Shown here: positions 1 to 14,280 of the stretch, one piece after another
Position numbering within the stretch: the stretch's first letter is position 1
Layout: each line of letters begins with the position of its first letter
Assembly (NCBI GenBank): GCA_030390025.1
Contig: CM059432.1
Span: 45,820,001-45,884,000 of the forward strand
Length of the DNA stretch: 64,000 nucleotides
Source of the DNA: Squalus acanthias
Taxonomy: Eukaryota
Reading direction: 5' to 3'
Position numbers and translations under genes: made by a program
Notes under the pieces: model-generated
Database searches by the model: none
The model's input: only the letters and a program-made list of their open reading frames with translations
What the model was told of the DNA's origin: nothing

Positions 1-786
1 ATTGATATGGAATTCAACCATGTTATGGTCACTCATTCCAAGGGGATCCTTAACTAGGACATTATTAATTAATCCTGACTCATTACACAGGACCAGGTCC
101 AAGGTTGCTTGCCCCCTTGTAGGATCAGTTACATACTGCTCAAGAAATCCATCCCTAATACATTCAATAAACTCTTCCTCAAGGCTGCCCTGCCCAATTT
201 GATTTGTCCAGTTAATATGATAGTTAAAATCCCCCATAATTATAGCCGTTCCCTTATTACATGCCCCAACTATTTCCTGATTAATACTTCTTCCAGCAGA
301 GTTGCAACTATTAGGAGGCCTATATACTACTCCCACTAGTGTTTTTTTCCCCTTATTATTCCTTATCTCCACCCAAACTGTTTCATTATCCTGATCCTTT
401 GACCCAATATCATTTCTCTGTATTACAGTGATTCCTTCCTTTATTAACATAGGCACCCCACTTCCCCTTTCTTCCTGCCTGTCCTTCCTGATTGTTAAAT
501 ACCCTGGCATATTTAGTTCCCAGTCGTTGTCACCCTGCAGCCATGTTTCTGTAATGGCCACAAGATCATACCCATACGTAGTTATTTGTGCCGTTAACTC
601 GTCCATTTTGTTACGAATGCTACGTGCATTCAGATAAAGAACTTTCAAATATGTTTTGTGACACTTAGTTCCTGCTTTTTCCTTTTTTAACACTTTACCT
701 TTTACTCCATACCTTCTGTCCCTTCCTGACACGCTTTCCTCTGTCTCCCTGCTCAGGTGCCCAACCCCCTGCCACTTCAGTTTAAA
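1..786 (-). mobile_element. CR1 LINE fragment (ORF1 end and APE endonuclease part of ORF2), running off the window edge
   Basis: Minus strand translates LKVLYLNARSIRNKMDELTAQITTYGYDLVAITETWLQ ... VLVKDPLGMSDHNMVEF, which are APE endonuclease motifs of vertebrate CR1. Confidence 0.9.
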
Positions 787-976
787 CGCTGACAGACATC
801 ACGATCTGCCTACTCTGAATACTGCCGGCACACGCACGCCCTGCTCATGCTATCACCCACACCAAGATGGCGAACAGCGCGCGCTGCGCCAGACATGGGT
901 GAAAACGAGATGGTCGCCATTTTTTTCCTGAAACTGACCTTAACTGCCAGCGCTAAGGTGCTGAATTTCGCGGCCT
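787..976. mobile_element. PIF/Harbinger terminal fragment
   Basis: Similar to the Harbinger end at ~39930-40117 (gatctgcctactctg..caccaagatggcgaacagc) and ends in a TIR-like gaatttcgcggcc. Confidence 0.6.
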
Positions 977-2066
977 AGGTCTTTATCTGTTGTTTTCTCC
1001 TGTGTTTTCTGCTAGTTTCTGCAGTTTTTACAGATATACAACTGATAATCCTGCGAAAATTTGTTGAACCTTTGCCAAAATCTGAATGACTGCAGAGCTG
1101 GCCTCAAGGTACATGAGAAACGCCTTACGATGTTGCATAAAAATTACATAAGATCAAGAAGATGACAGGACACAAGGGAAACATAGATAAAGAAGATTGA
1201 AACTTTTTCATAATGAATTGGTCAGAGTTCCAATACGTTCAGCCATATCCAGATGAATAACTAAAAGCTGTTTGTTTAAAGGAATATCCATAACATCTCC
1301 ATCTATGGCTAGAACAGCATATTTGAGGGAACCTAGCATCTACTGATGCCACAACAATGCATTTAATCAGACGAGCCTGCCCTGACCTCCCTGAGCTGTT
1401 TGTTGGTTTGAATATATGTCAAAATTAAATGTTGGTGAAGGAAAAGTAAGAGATGATTGAATAGCAATTATGTATTTGCATTGAGAATGTTTTTGTTAAA
1501 TTAGGACATCCAGTAAAGACTAAAACCTCAGCTTTCAGTTATCAAGCCAATCATCATCTCAGCACATCTACATTTCCAAGCTCATTTCTGCAGCAGTGTT
1601 GCTCTGCAGCAAATTTAAAAGATTAACAGAGATGATGTGCCAGGAGATGAATTACGTTGATCAGAGCAGATTTGAACGAAGGTATCAGTGGCTTTTTTTT
1701 TAAGAAGAATGATTTTTAGAGACAAGATGCTTGTTTTCTGTGATGACCACTTGATTTATACAGAGCTACTGTAGTAGCAGTGGGATAACATTCCTTTTTA
1801 ACTTCATTTTGCTGATCAATATCAATTAAAATAACTTAAAGATTGATAGACTATTTTAGAATCAAATAAAAGCACATCAGCAAAAATAATGCAAATAAAT
1901 AGATTACTTGGCATTGAGACAACTTAGCAACTATAGCTGTCGCATTGGAATCAACCAAGAGAACTGTACAGACCCTGGACTTGGTTGATATTTGATCTCA
2001 GACTACATCAGAGGCCAATTTATGCACAGGAAGATCCCACAAAGAGTAATGAGATCATCCGTTTTA

Positions 2067-2338
2067 GGTATTGGTTGAGGGATAAATGCTGGCCAGGACA
2101 TTGGGATAACTCCCTTGCTCTTCTTCGAATAGTGCTGTGGAATCTTTTACGTCCACCTGAAAAGGCAGATGGGGCCTCGGTTTAACGTCTCATCCTAAAG
2201 ACGGCACCTCCAACATTGCAGCACTCCCTCAGTGCTGCACTGAAGTGCCAGCCTAGATTATGTGCTCAAGTCTCTGGAGTGGGACTTGAACCCACAACCG
2301 TTTGAATCAGAGGCGGGTGTGCTACCAATTCTGATACC
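2067..2338 (-). mobile_element. tRNA-derived SINE with Deu-like domain (SacSINE1/DeuSINE-like), partial
   Basis: Minus strand has TGGTAGCAC..GGGTTCAAGTCCC (A/B boxes) followed by GGTGCCGTCTTTAGGATGAGACGTTAAACCGAGG, the Deu-domain core as I recall it. Confidence 0.75.
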
Positions 2339-3904
2339 TTAAAGGAAGATTAAAGGGACCAGCTGGCACCTGCCTGGCTGACAAAAGGGCCCCAAATGCA
2401 GAGCAACAAAATAAATTTGAGGCCTTGCTGTGAAGAATTTTTATGGGGAGTACCAGAAAGCAGCTGAAGAGATGAAGAGAACCAATCAGCTGACTTCATA
2501 TTAATACCACCCGGCTCAGAGCAACGGGCACCTCCAGGCTGGCATTGTTTGAGAATGTGGAGCCAGAGTGGTAAACAGGGAAAATGTGATTGTGTGGCAA
2601 GTCCTGCCTTCCTGCCATCGTTTACATATGGCAAGGTGAGCAGACAGCTGCATAAGAAGTCTACCTCCTTGCGGGGTTAGAGGAAAATCTCCCAATCAGC
2701 TTTTGGGATGAGGATTTAGTAATAGGCCTCCCTGCGCCATTTAGGCAAATGTTCTTGATCAAGGATAGTAAAATTGGGTCAAGAACCTAAGTTGGGTAGG
2801 AGGTAATTATTCAATTTATTTCTTTTTAAAGAAGATATTTAATGAATTGGTACCATATGGAAATAATACCATTTGTCTTTAATTGCTTATGGGATAAGAT
2901 ATCCTTTGTAATTCCAAAAAGTACACTTCAGGATCTAGAAACATCATTCCACATAACAACGACCCTTCAATTGTATGTTGTACATATGGCATTCTCAAAC
3001 CACATACCTTTTTGATGCTTCCATGCTTAGCAAGTCCGTTGTGCAGAAGTGCCTTCCTGTTTCAAGTGGTAGATAAATATTTTAAATCCTTGCAATCCTA
3101 TTGGCTGACACAATCAGCACTAGTGCATTGTGTAAGTCTGCATTAATAGAAAAGTTTAGCTTCCATGGCTGAACAGCTAAGTCACTATCTATCCATCTAC
3201 TGGGTTTACTGATGGTCACAGTGAACATGGTGGCATGTATAATACTGCAATAAGTGACCTCAAGTTGATTAAATCATGAGATGTACCTAATATTTTAATT
3301 GGTTTTCTTTCCATTATTCCAGCATTAAACATTTCAGGAGATTTATTATAACTGTATTAGCATGTTTGAATAAAATTAAGTATCATGATTTACCAGGTGT
3401 CAATCATTTTTGTGGAAGAAATTTGATTGAAAAACTAATTCTGAACGAGTCAACACAAAAGAGCAGAATAAAAAGAGCAGCATTCTAAAATTAAACTTAA
3501 AATTCTTCTATCAACAGAAAAAAATTGGTGGAATAATATGTAAAAGACCCTCAGTTCGATCTTTAAGTATCACTTTAGCTCTCATTATAGCAGAAGACCT
3601 GTTGAATCATTCACTACATAGAGAACAACAGATGGCTGGGAGTGTGCTTCAATACTACAAACACTCATGGGATGACATAGCCCAAAACCCTAGAGTGTGC
3701 CGCTACCTTGAACATAGCCCCACCCAGCCATATATTATTTATACCATAGCTGATTATATTTCTAGAGCTTGCTTCATGCTACTTTGGCTGTTCAACCTCA
3801 AAGTTGTAGTATAGTGCCAGTTGAGAAAAAGGCACTTTACAGCCTTCCGAACTCAACATTGAGTTAATCAATTTCAGATCATAACCTCTGCCCCCATTTT
3901 TTCA

Positions 3905-4270
3905 GATGGCAGCTGATGATGATTCTGATATTCCCATTTACACCTCTTCTAGACTCATCTTTTGATTCTTTACTTGTCCCATTACCATCTCCTTTGCCTT
4001 GCACCATCATCCCTTTTGTCTTTTAATCTCTCCTGCCTTCTGCCCTATCCCAGACCTTCCCTTTTATTCTTTCCTCCCCTCCCCAACGTTCCCTGCCTCT
4101 GCACTTGCTTAAAATCTGTTATATCTCTAACTTTTTCCAGTTCTGACGAGAGGTCATCGACCTGAAATGTTAACTCTGTTTTTCTCTCCACAGATGCTGC
4201 CTGACCTGTTGAGTATTTCCAGCATTTTCTGTTTTTATTTCCAGCATCCGCAGTATTTTACATTTGTATT
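3905..4270 (+). mobile_element. Solo Penelope-like pLTR/3' tail with hammerhead motif at 4137-4178
   Basis: Similar to the Penelope terminus at 37765-37958 (ccagttCTGACGA..aggtc..gacctGAAAtgttaactctg..gatgctgcctg..tttccagcattttctg). Confidence 0.8.
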
Positions 4271-5828
4271 AGCCACTATATAAATGCAAGTTATTATAAT
4301 TTATTATTATTACATGTAGGGGTCAGCAACAAAAGTTGATTCCTGATCTCATCATCAGTTTTCCAATTATTTTAACAATGACCTTCATGTGCATTAGCAG
4401 CAAAAAAAAATCCCCTTGTTTAAAAAATATTGCAAAAGTATGTAGCAGTTTTTCAAGTGAGAGTGAAAGACTAAATTGTGCTTCAGATTTCCCCCAGTAA
4501 TGATCGTAGTGCCTGGGACCCCATTAATGAAAGAGTGTTCTTCCAAAACAAAAATCACTTCTTAGTTTTAAATAACACTAATATTTAAGTTATTTAAAAT
4601 ATTACAGGCAAGGCTTAAAAGGAACCATAACCATCGTAACAGTTTAGGGTTTCCTATAATTTATCATCTGTTGCACAAACAAAATTGGCAATACTTTAAA
4701 AAAAATTATGCAACTACAAATGGAGGTCTGTAGTAGACTTTTGCCCTAGTAGGGAATGTTGAAGTGACAGATTGTTGAAAGACTTATAAACGACTATTTG
4801 CCAGGAGCAATTTTCTTTTTTAATGTTCAACAAAGTGATGCTAACAGCAATGGTCAAAAACACAGTGAGTGGTCCAGTGTAGAGGTAAGAAGGAGAAATG
4901 CTGTTTCAAATAAATATTTCAAAAGCTGTTTCTTTCTGGTCTGAACTGTACTCAGTTATGGGACTGACATATTCATGATACAAAGAAAATATTAGCTAAG
5001 CAATTATTCAACACTGGCAAGGTCAGAATCCTCAGGTTGACATTTTATTGCTGCAAAAATGTCACTTGAATTGCCAGCATGTTCCATTTGTATGGCTCAC
5101 AGACACATAAATGGGACTCCATTGAACGATAAGTGACATCCTCGACAAACACTTCCCATCAACACCATTTCTTCTTGCAACATCATAAATACTTTGCTTT
5201 GGCAATTTTTCTGGCCCAGTTAGCAGAAACAATATCAGTTTAGATAGATAGTAAAAACAAATCACAAATTCTGATAACTTAAATAAAAAATGCTGGAAAT
5301 TCATAGTAGATTGGTCAGGATCTGAATGAGAGCTGAAAGCTGCCACTTGAAACCCAAATATATCTTTTTCTGACGTTGATCAGACTGTGGTGCATTTCCA
5401 GCATTTACTGTTTATATACAATAGGTTTATGAGCTTTATGAGCATCAGAGTTTATTTTAAGTTTTTTTTGTATCAACCCTTTACCATTGTTCAGTGAAAA
5501 CACAATACTGCACATTGCAATCAAAGTGAACTTGTTGGTAAATGGTTACTTACCGTAACTTTCCAAATAATTGGCAATACTGGCATAACGGACAGAAGCG
5601 GTAATGATAATGAAAATTATTTGATCTCCTATTTACTGTGGCTCATAGAGAAAAACAAAAACTAAATTGTCTTGTTCTTTTCCACTCTCAATTTTTCTGT
5701 CACTCTTTCTCTTTAACTCTTTTTCCTCTCTCTCTGTATGGCTGTCACACATTTCTCATTATGTTGCTCATCTCTGCTGTTTCTCCTCTCTCTTCCAGAT
5801 GTCTCCCAATTTCATTTGAATAGCTGTC

Positions 5829-7523
5829 AGAAATGCTAAGGAACCAAGGGTCTAGTGAGAAGGAGGAATTAAAGGAAATTAGTATTAGTAAAAAAATAGT
5901 GCTAGAGAAATTAATGGGACTGAAAGCTGATAATTCCCCAGGGCCTGATAATCTGCATCCCAGAGTACTGAAAGAGGTAGCCATGGAAATAGTGGATGCA
6001 TGGGTTGTCATCTTCCAAAATTCTATAGATTATGGAACAGTTCCTGCAGATTGGAGGGTGGCAAATGTAACCCCACTATTTAAAAAAGGAGGGAGAGAGA
6101 AAACAGGGAACTACAGACCAGTTAGCCTAACATCAGTAGTAGGGAAAATGCTAGAGTCTATTATAAAGGATGTGATAACAGGACACTTAGAAAATATCAA
6201 CGGGATTAGACAAAGTCAGCATGGATTTATGAAAGGGAGATCGTGTTTGACAAGCCTACTGGAGTTTTTTGAGGATGTAACTGGTAGAATAGATAAGGGA
6301 GAACCAGTGGATGTGGTGTATTTGGATTTTCACAAGGCCTTTGATAAAGCCCAACATAAGAGGTTAGTGTGCAAAATTAAAGCACATGGGATTGGGGGTA
6401 ATATACTGGCATGGATTGAAAATCGGTTAACAGACAGGAAACAGAGAGTAGGAATAAATGGGTCTTTTTCGGGGTGGCAGGCGATGATTAGTGGGGTACC
6501 ACAGGGATCAGTGCTTGGGCCCCAGCTATTCACAATATATATCAATGATTTGGATGAGGGAACCAAATGTAATATTTCCAAATTTGCTGATGACACAAAA
6601 CTAGGTGGGATTGTGAGTTGTGAGGAGGATTCAAAGAGGCTTCAAGGTGATTTAGACAAGTTGAGTGAGTGGGCAAATACATGGCAGATGCAGTATAATG
6701 TGGATAAATGTGAAGTTATCCACTTCGGTAGGAAAAACAGAAAGGCAGAGTATTATTTAAATGGTGATAGATTGGGAAATGTTGATGTACAAAGGGACCT
6801 GGGTGTCCTTGTACACCAGTCACTGAAAGCAAACATGCAGCTGCAGCAAGCAGTTAGGAAGGCAAATGCTATGTTGGCCTTCATTGCAAGAGGATTTGAG
6901 TGCAGGAGCAAGAATGTCTTACTACAGTTATACAGGGTCTTGGTGAGACCACACCTGGAGTACTGTGTGCAGTTTTGGTCTCCTTACCTAAGAAAGGATA
7001 TACTTGCCATAGAGGGAGTGCAGCGAAGGTTCACCAGAATGATTCCTGGGATGGCAGGACTGTTGTATGAGGAGAGATTGGGTCGACTAGGCCTGTATTC
7101 ACTAGAGTTTAGAAGAATGAGAGGGGATCTCATTGAAACGTATAAAATTCTGACAGGGCTAGACAGACTGGATGCAGGGAGGATGTTTCCCCTGGCTGGG
7201 GGATCTAGAACGAGGGGTCACAGTCTCAGGATATGGGGTAGGACATTTAGGACTGAGACGAGGAGAAATTTCTTCACTCAGAGGGTGGTGATCCTGTGGA
7301 ATTCTCTACCCCAGAAGGCTGTGGAGGCCAAGTCACTGAATATATTTAAGAAGGAGATAGATAGATTTCTGGACACAAAAGGCATCAAGGGGTATGGGGA
7401 GAGAGCGGGAATATGGTATTGAGATAGAGGATCAACCATGATCATGTTGAATGGCGGAGCAGGCTCGAAGGGCCGAATGGCCTACTCCTGCTCCTATTTT
7501 TCTATGTTTCTATGTTTCTATGT
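5829..7523 (+). mobile_element. 5'-truncated CR1 LINE with open RT frame (5833-7422) and 3' UTR
   Basis: RT motifs [30 protein letters not shown]; 3' UTR ggccgaatggcctactcctgctcct ending in (TTCTATGT)n. Confidence 0.95.
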
Positions 7524-8779
7524 CACACATGTTCCTTTGCTATGTACTCAATTTCTATCACTTACTCTTTTTAAAGCCCAGGTTATTAAAGCCAGCATCT
7601 ACCATGTGGGAGGTAGGTGCCAGGATCAGATGTGGACAGACTGTCTGGGAGGTGGTGAACACCCATGGATAGGGGAGAAACAAGGAGGCTGTGGACTCAG
7701 TGGGAGTGAATGGAGAAGAAGCTTGCACTAGAAAGAATTTGGGAAGTTTAGGGCATAGGAATACCTTTGGGGATGGGGTCTCAGACAGCTGAGGTCTGGG
7801 GTTGGTCACCAAGAACACAGTAGGGCAGCGGTCTGTGAGTACTTGGGGGCGGGAGAGTTGGGAGGATTCAGGAGATTTGGAGTTTCGGCCAGCACTTGGT
7901 GAACATAGGGTTTGGGAATATTCATAAGGTGGTGTCTGGGACCACAAGAGGGATCTGGGGTTCGAGAGCACTTGATGGGGACTGGGATTACTGGGGGTGC
8001 TGAGAGTATTTGCTTGGACTAAGATCTGTGAGTCTGGAATCTGGGAGCACTCTGGGTCTGAGATCTAAGATAACTTGGCAAGTAGAGGAGTCTGGGAGTT
8101 TTTGGGGGTTGGGTTCTGGAATCACTGGTGGGGAGCTGAGGTTTGGAGCTGAAAGCACTTCAGAGGACGAGAGCAACTGGAGCACCCTGAAAGTGATTGG
8201 TTGAAAATCAACAGGGAAATAGCAGGAGAAAGAAAGCAGCTGTTTTGGGAGAACAGAAAGTTGGCTGAGCTAGCAGGAGAGAAAGCAACTGTGGCAAAAG
8301 CCAATATAATGAGGAGAGTGATAATGCATGCACAGAAAATCACTCTCCCGGGTGGACGTCTAAAACAGGTCCCTTGCATATGTTACGTCAAAATTACCAT
8401 CAGTGCATGTTCGGTAAAAGGGTTGATTATTGAACAAACAAAAAACACAGAGCTAGCTTAAGTCACATGGCTACACACGTACCATTTTTGAATATAAAAG
8501 TTTAAAATTAATTTAATTGCACCTCATTATTTTGATGGATCAGATCCATTTACCTAAATTACAAACTCTCTTTGGCATTGTAGGATCATATTTGGCACAA
8601 GTTTCATTCTTCAATAATAACATTCTGTATGTCCTGAGTGACCTACTTCTCATTTTAATCTTCAGTTCATGGCAAATCATCTCAATGGCTTTTAAATCTA
8701 ATATATTAAGAAATTAAAGTGACACCTTGAATCTAGTATTATCCAGAAAACTTGCACAAGGTTTGTTATTCTCCCCCAT

Positions 8780-9180
8780 TTGCTCCCTTATTTCTCCCCC
8801 CTCACCTGAAGGCACTGACTCACGCTGGCATGAGGTTCCACAGGTACAGGTAGCTCCTTGGTATCTCACTCAATTATTCATGGGCCCAAACACTGACTGT
8901 TGGCAGGCTATTCAACAATTAGTACCATCACAACTGAGCCTGATCCTGTCTTCAGTAAAAAGTTGCACACGTACATCATCCAGCAGGGTTTGTCATTTAA
9001 CAATCAGCTCTGTGAATCCTGGCTAATATTATCATTCTTCTTGCAATTGTTCTGAGGCAAATTGAAATGCCTCTACTGCTGCCTTGCCCATGATCAGTTA
9101 ATTCAGCACAGACCAGGATCAAAACTGAAATTTCTTGGTAAGTATGGCTCGGTACCATATTGTTTTGTGTACTTAACCTC
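8780..9180 (-). mobile_element. Degraded tRNA-derived SINE-like repeat
   Basis: Minus strand has a decayed tRNA-like head (tggtaccgagcc..tttgatcctggtctgtgctg) followed by a SINE-length body; heavily diverged. Confidence 0.4.
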
Positions 9181-9274
9181 TAACAGATCAAGGAATTATT
9201 ATTCAGAACACAAAAATAAATAATGGTCTTTTACAATCTATTCAGAACAATCCACAGCCACTTTCAAACAATAG

Positions 9275-10025
9275 GGTGAGGAGGGAATGGGAGAAAGGGG
9301 AGGAAAGGAGAGGTCCACAAGAGGTGGTGGGGAGTACAAGTCAGAGAAAAAAGGAGGAAATGAGAGTGGAAGGGATGAGGGGAAGGAATGGGAAAGAGGG
9401 GGTCAGATGGGGAATAGAAGGGGAGGGTAGGACAGGAAAGGGGGAGAAAAGAGTTGGACGAGAGAAGGGTGAGTAAGAATGGAAGGGCAATATTAAAATA
9501 ATCCCATCCCTTACCAATTTCCATTTGAACTATATGTCCCATCCATATATCCTCCCCTCCCATCATCTTCTCTCTCCCTCCTTTTTCCCAGTCCTCCTTC
9601 CCTTTTTCTTCCTTCCTACCCTTCTCTCCCCTTTTGCCTCCTCATCCTACTTCTCCTTGTCCTCCCCTCTTTCTTTTCTTCCCATCCCCCTTCCTTGCCC
9701 ACCATTCTCCTCCCACTTACTTCCTTCTCCTCCTTCCTCCTCCTTGTCCTACCATTCCTCCCCTTCCTACTCCAACATCCTCTCCCTCTTTCCATCCCAC
9801 TTCCCCTTCCCCTATCATTCTTCCTCTCCATCTCCTCTTTCCTTTCCTTCTCCTCTCTCTGCTCCTCCTCTTTCTCCGCTTCTCCCCTTCTCCCCCCATC
9901 TCCCTATTCCTTCCCCTCCATTCTACTGTCACTTTTCCCCACCCCTTCCCTTGCTTCTTTCTCCCTTTACCCATCATTTTTCTCTTCTCCTCTTCCTCCA
10001 TCTCCTCCCCTTCTACCTCCTTCCA
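9275..10025. repeat. Low-complexity purine-rich tract (9275-9490) and pyrimidine-rich tract (9550-10025)
   Basis: Direct composition: GA-rich then CT-rich. Confidence 0.85.
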
Positions 10026-11108
10026 TGCAAGTTTTTTAATACAATATATGGTTAGATTGGTCCTGCATTTTGGCCTGTACATCCGATCCCATGGGACATC
10101 GGTGGGAAGTAGTCGAAATAACTGTTTTCAGTTGTTTATGTCATTTCTCCAGCGTTCCATTGATTTCTCGCCAAAGTTATGGCAGGAGATTAGGATAACC
10201 TCTGTGGAAATTCAGAACAATTGGGATAGAAATTGGTATGCATTGCGCCCATTGTTCAGGCCTCTTGGTTTGGGTGGGCTGGCTCCAGACGGAAAGCTAA
10301 CCCCTTATTTACAAACGTTCTACTTTATAGCCTTAAAGTTTTTTTTTGTTGTAGAAAATTAAAACTTTATTTAAGGATAGTGTGCATTTAAATAGCCAGC
10401 CACAATCACTTTTTCAGTCATTCGCCATTAAGTACAGGGACAAATGCAATAGCCTCAGCAGCGCATGTCATTGTCCCTGTCCTTGGGTGACTGAGTTAAC
10501 AAAGCATCAAGATGATGGCCTGGCAGAGGTACAAGCAGTATTCCTTTATATGCTGCTCATTTACAAATTATGTTTGCGTTTTGGACACAAAATCCAGTCG
10601 CATGAGTATAACAGTTTGACTCCGAACTGCATTCTCTGGTAACTGCATACTTCTTTAAAGGGCATTTTCCAAGCACCAGTGAGTTATTGTCTCATTTGTG
10701 TGTTATATCATTACAACTCAATTGATGCACAGCCTTCTGGCCTTCTTCCCTGCCTGTTGATGGAGATAGCTCATTTTCATGCAATGTTTAAATTGTAATG
10801 CGGTTATAGATTTAATTAGATTTAATTTGGTTTAAAGCTAATTTACAAAAAAAAAATTATAGTTGCGCCAGTACTAAACTGTTAGCTCCTCAGTCAGCTG
10901 TGTTACTACATTTATTGACATGGAAAAGAAGCAATAAATCTTAATATTCCTTTAGTAACAGTGCAGGATTTGGTGGCATGCTGCTATAGAGAGGACAAAG
11001 AACATATCAATGAAGTGCTGGAGGCACTAGCAACATTATCTGAATACTTGTGTGGTGTAATATTGGACCGAGCTCTGCATAATAAACTTACAATGAAATT
11101 GTGCTACT

Positions 11109-13829
11109 CATAGAATCATAGAATCATAGAATGGTTACAGCGCAGAAGGAGGCTATTCGGCCCATCGAGCCTATGCCGGCTCTCTGCAAGAGCACTTCAG
11201 CTAGTCCCACTCCCCCGCCCTTTCCCCATAACCCTGCAATTTTTTTTCCCCTCAGGTACTTAACCAATTCCCTTTTGAAAGCCACAATTGAATCTGCCTC
11301 CACCACCCTTTCAGGCAGTGAATTCCAGATCCTAACCATTCGCTGCATAAAAAAGTTTTTCCTCATATCGCCTTTGGTTCTTCTGCAAATCACCTTAAAT
11401 CTGTATTCTCTGGTTCTCGACCCTTCCGCCAATGGGAACAGTTTCTCTCTATCTACTCTGTCTCGCCCCCTCATGAGTCCATTAAATCTCCTCTCAAAGT
11501 TCTCTGCTCTAAGGAGAACAACCCCAACTCCTCTAGTCTACCATGTAACTAAAGTCCCTCATCCCTGGAACCATTCTTGTAAATCTTTTCTGCACCCTCT
11601 CTAAGGCCTTCACATCCTTCCTAAAGTGTGGTGCCCAGAATTAGACACAATACTACAGTTGAGGCCGAACCATTGTTTTGTAAAGGTTCATCATAACTTC
11701 CTTGCTTTTGTACTCTGTGCCTCTATTTATGAAGCCCAGGATTCCATATGTTTTTTTACCACTTTCTCAACCTGCCCTGCCACCTTCAATGATTTGTGCA
11801 CATATACCCCCAGGTCTCTCTGTTCATGCACCCCCTTTAGAATTGTACCCTTTAGTTTATATTGCCTCTCCTCATTCTTCCTACCAAAATGTATCACTTC
11901 ACACTTTTCTACATTAAGTTTCATCTGCCACATGTCCGCCCATTCCACCAGCCTGTCCATGTCATCTTGAAGTCTATCACTATCCTCCTGACTGTTCACT
12001 ATACTTCCAAGTTTTGTGTCATCTGCAAAGTTTGAAATTGTGCCCTGTACACCCAAGTCTAAGTCATTAATATATATCCAGAAAAGCAGTGATCCTAGTT
12101 CCAACCCCTGGGGAACACCACTGTATACCTTCCTCCAGTGTGAAAAAAAACCTTTCACTACTACTCTCTGTTTCCTGTCACTTAGCCAATTTTGTATCCA
12201 TGCTGCCACTGTCCCTTTTATTCTATGGCCTTCAACTTTGCTGGCAAGCCTATATTACATGGCTCTTTATCAAACACCTTTTGGAAGTCTATGTACACCA
12301 CGTCAACCGCATTGCCCTCATCAACCCTCTCTATTACCTCATCAAGAAACTCGATCAGGTTAGTTAAACATGATTTGCCTTTAACAAATCCGTGTTGGCT
12401 TTCCTTAATTAATCCATACTTGTCCAAGTGACTGTTAATTTTGTCCCGGATTATTGTTTCTAAAAGCTTCCCCACTACTGAGGTTAAACTGACTGGCCTG
12501 TAGTTGCTGAGTTTATCCTTACACCCTTTTTTTAAACAAGGGTGTAACATTTGCAATTCTCCAGTCCTCTTGCACCAGCCCCGTATCCAAGGAGGATTGG
12601 AAGATTATGGCCAGTACCTCCGCAATTTCCACCTTTACTTCCCTCAGCATCCTAGGATGCATCCCATCCGGTCCTGGTGACTTATCTACTTTAATTACAG
12701 CCAGCCTTTCTAGTACCTCTGCCTTATCAATTTTTATCCCATCCAGTGTCTCAACTACCTCCTCTTTCACTATGACTTTGGCAGCATCTTCTTCCTTGGT
12801 AAAGACAGATGCAAAGTACTCATTTAGTATCTCAGCCATGCCCTCTGCCTCTATGTGTAGGTCTCCATTTTGGTCCCTAATCAGTCCCACCCCTCCTCTT
12901 ACTGCCCGTTTACTACTTATATGCCTATAGAAGACTTCTGGATTCCCATTTATGTTAGCTGCCAATCTATTCTCATAATCTCTTTGCTCCTCTTATTTCC
13001 TTTTTCATGTTCCCTCTGAACTTTCTATATTCAGCCTGGTTCTTGCTTGTATTCTCAACCTGACATCTGTCATACGCGCCCTTTTTCAGCTTTATCTTTC
13101 TCTTTCTTTCGTCATCCAGGGAGCTCTGGCTTTGGTTTCCCTACCTTTCCCCCTCATGGAAATGTACCTTGACTGTACCTGAACCATCTCCTCTTTAAAG
13201 GCAGCCCATTGTTTGATTACAGTTTTGCCTGCCAATCTTTGATTCCAATTTACCTGGGCTAGATCCATCTCAACCCACTGAAATTAGCTTTCCTCTAATT
13301 AAGTATTTTTACTCTAGATTGCTCCCTATCCTTTTCCATAGCTAGTCTAAACCTTATGATGATGTGATCACTGTTCCCTAAATGTTCCCCTACTGACACT
13401 TGCTCTACTTGACCCACCTCATTCCCCAGAACCAGATCCAGCAATGTCTCCTTCCTCGTTGGGCCGGAAACATACTGATCAAGAAAGTTCTCCTGAACAC
13501 ACTTCAGAAATTCTTCCCCCTCTCTGCCCTTTACACTATTACTATCCTAGTCTATATTAGGATTGTTGAAGTCCCCCATTATCACTACTCTATAGTTCTT
13601 GCACCTCTCTGTAATTTCCCTGCAAATTTGCTCCTCTATATCCTTCCCACTAGTTGGTGGCCTATAGAATACACCAGTAGTGCAATTGCACCTCTATTGT
13701 TTCTCAACTCTAACCAAATAGATTAGTTCCTTGACTCCTCCAGGAAATCCTCTTTCTCCAGCATTGTAATATTCTCCTTAATCAATACTGACACCCCACC
13801 TGCTTTCTTTCCTTCCCTATCTATCCTGA
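11109..13829 (-). mobile_element. CR1 LINE, 5'-truncated and frameshifted (EN to RT to 3' UTR)
   Basis: Minus ORF pieces with NYRPVSLTS, SQHGFVKGKSC, NFADDTK; tail (CATAGAAT)x3 at 11109-11132. Confidence 0.92.
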
Positions 13830-14280
13830 CCGACCCCACCTCCATCCCGCCTCCGAGCAATTTTCCCCAATGCGTGGTTTCTGATGCCGTCTCCGTCCCA
13901 CCTCCAAGAGGCGGGATAGGCCTTTAAGGCCCTTAACAACCACTTAATTGCCTCTATAATCCCATTTTGAGAGGCCTTTCTGATTTTAACCCTTTTCCCA
14001 CGTGATGCACGCCTCCTCTGAAACATGACGGTGAAACCTGGCGGTAGCAGAATTGGATTGCTGACTATCAGCTGTAGCTCCACCATTAAAAAAGAGATTT
14101 GATCAATCATCATTTGCAGGTGGCAGAACTTTGTTGTCTCAGGTCTGGGGGAACTTTTAACAGGCATGGCCATTGCTGTGGAAGTTTGGAGCCTGACACC
14201 CATCTCCAGTGTGAATTCCTGGGAAACCCCTCTCCCCACCTTGAATGAGCGCTTCCTCAACTGAGGCATATACCAGAAGC

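Noticed and set aside
7558..8461. Overlapping short ORFs in a G-rich region
   Set aside because: Degenerate low-complexity sequence with no recognisable domain
9264..10362. Multiple Pro/Ser/Leu-rich and Arg/Gly-rich ORFs
   Set aside because: Low-complexity sequence lacking stop codons
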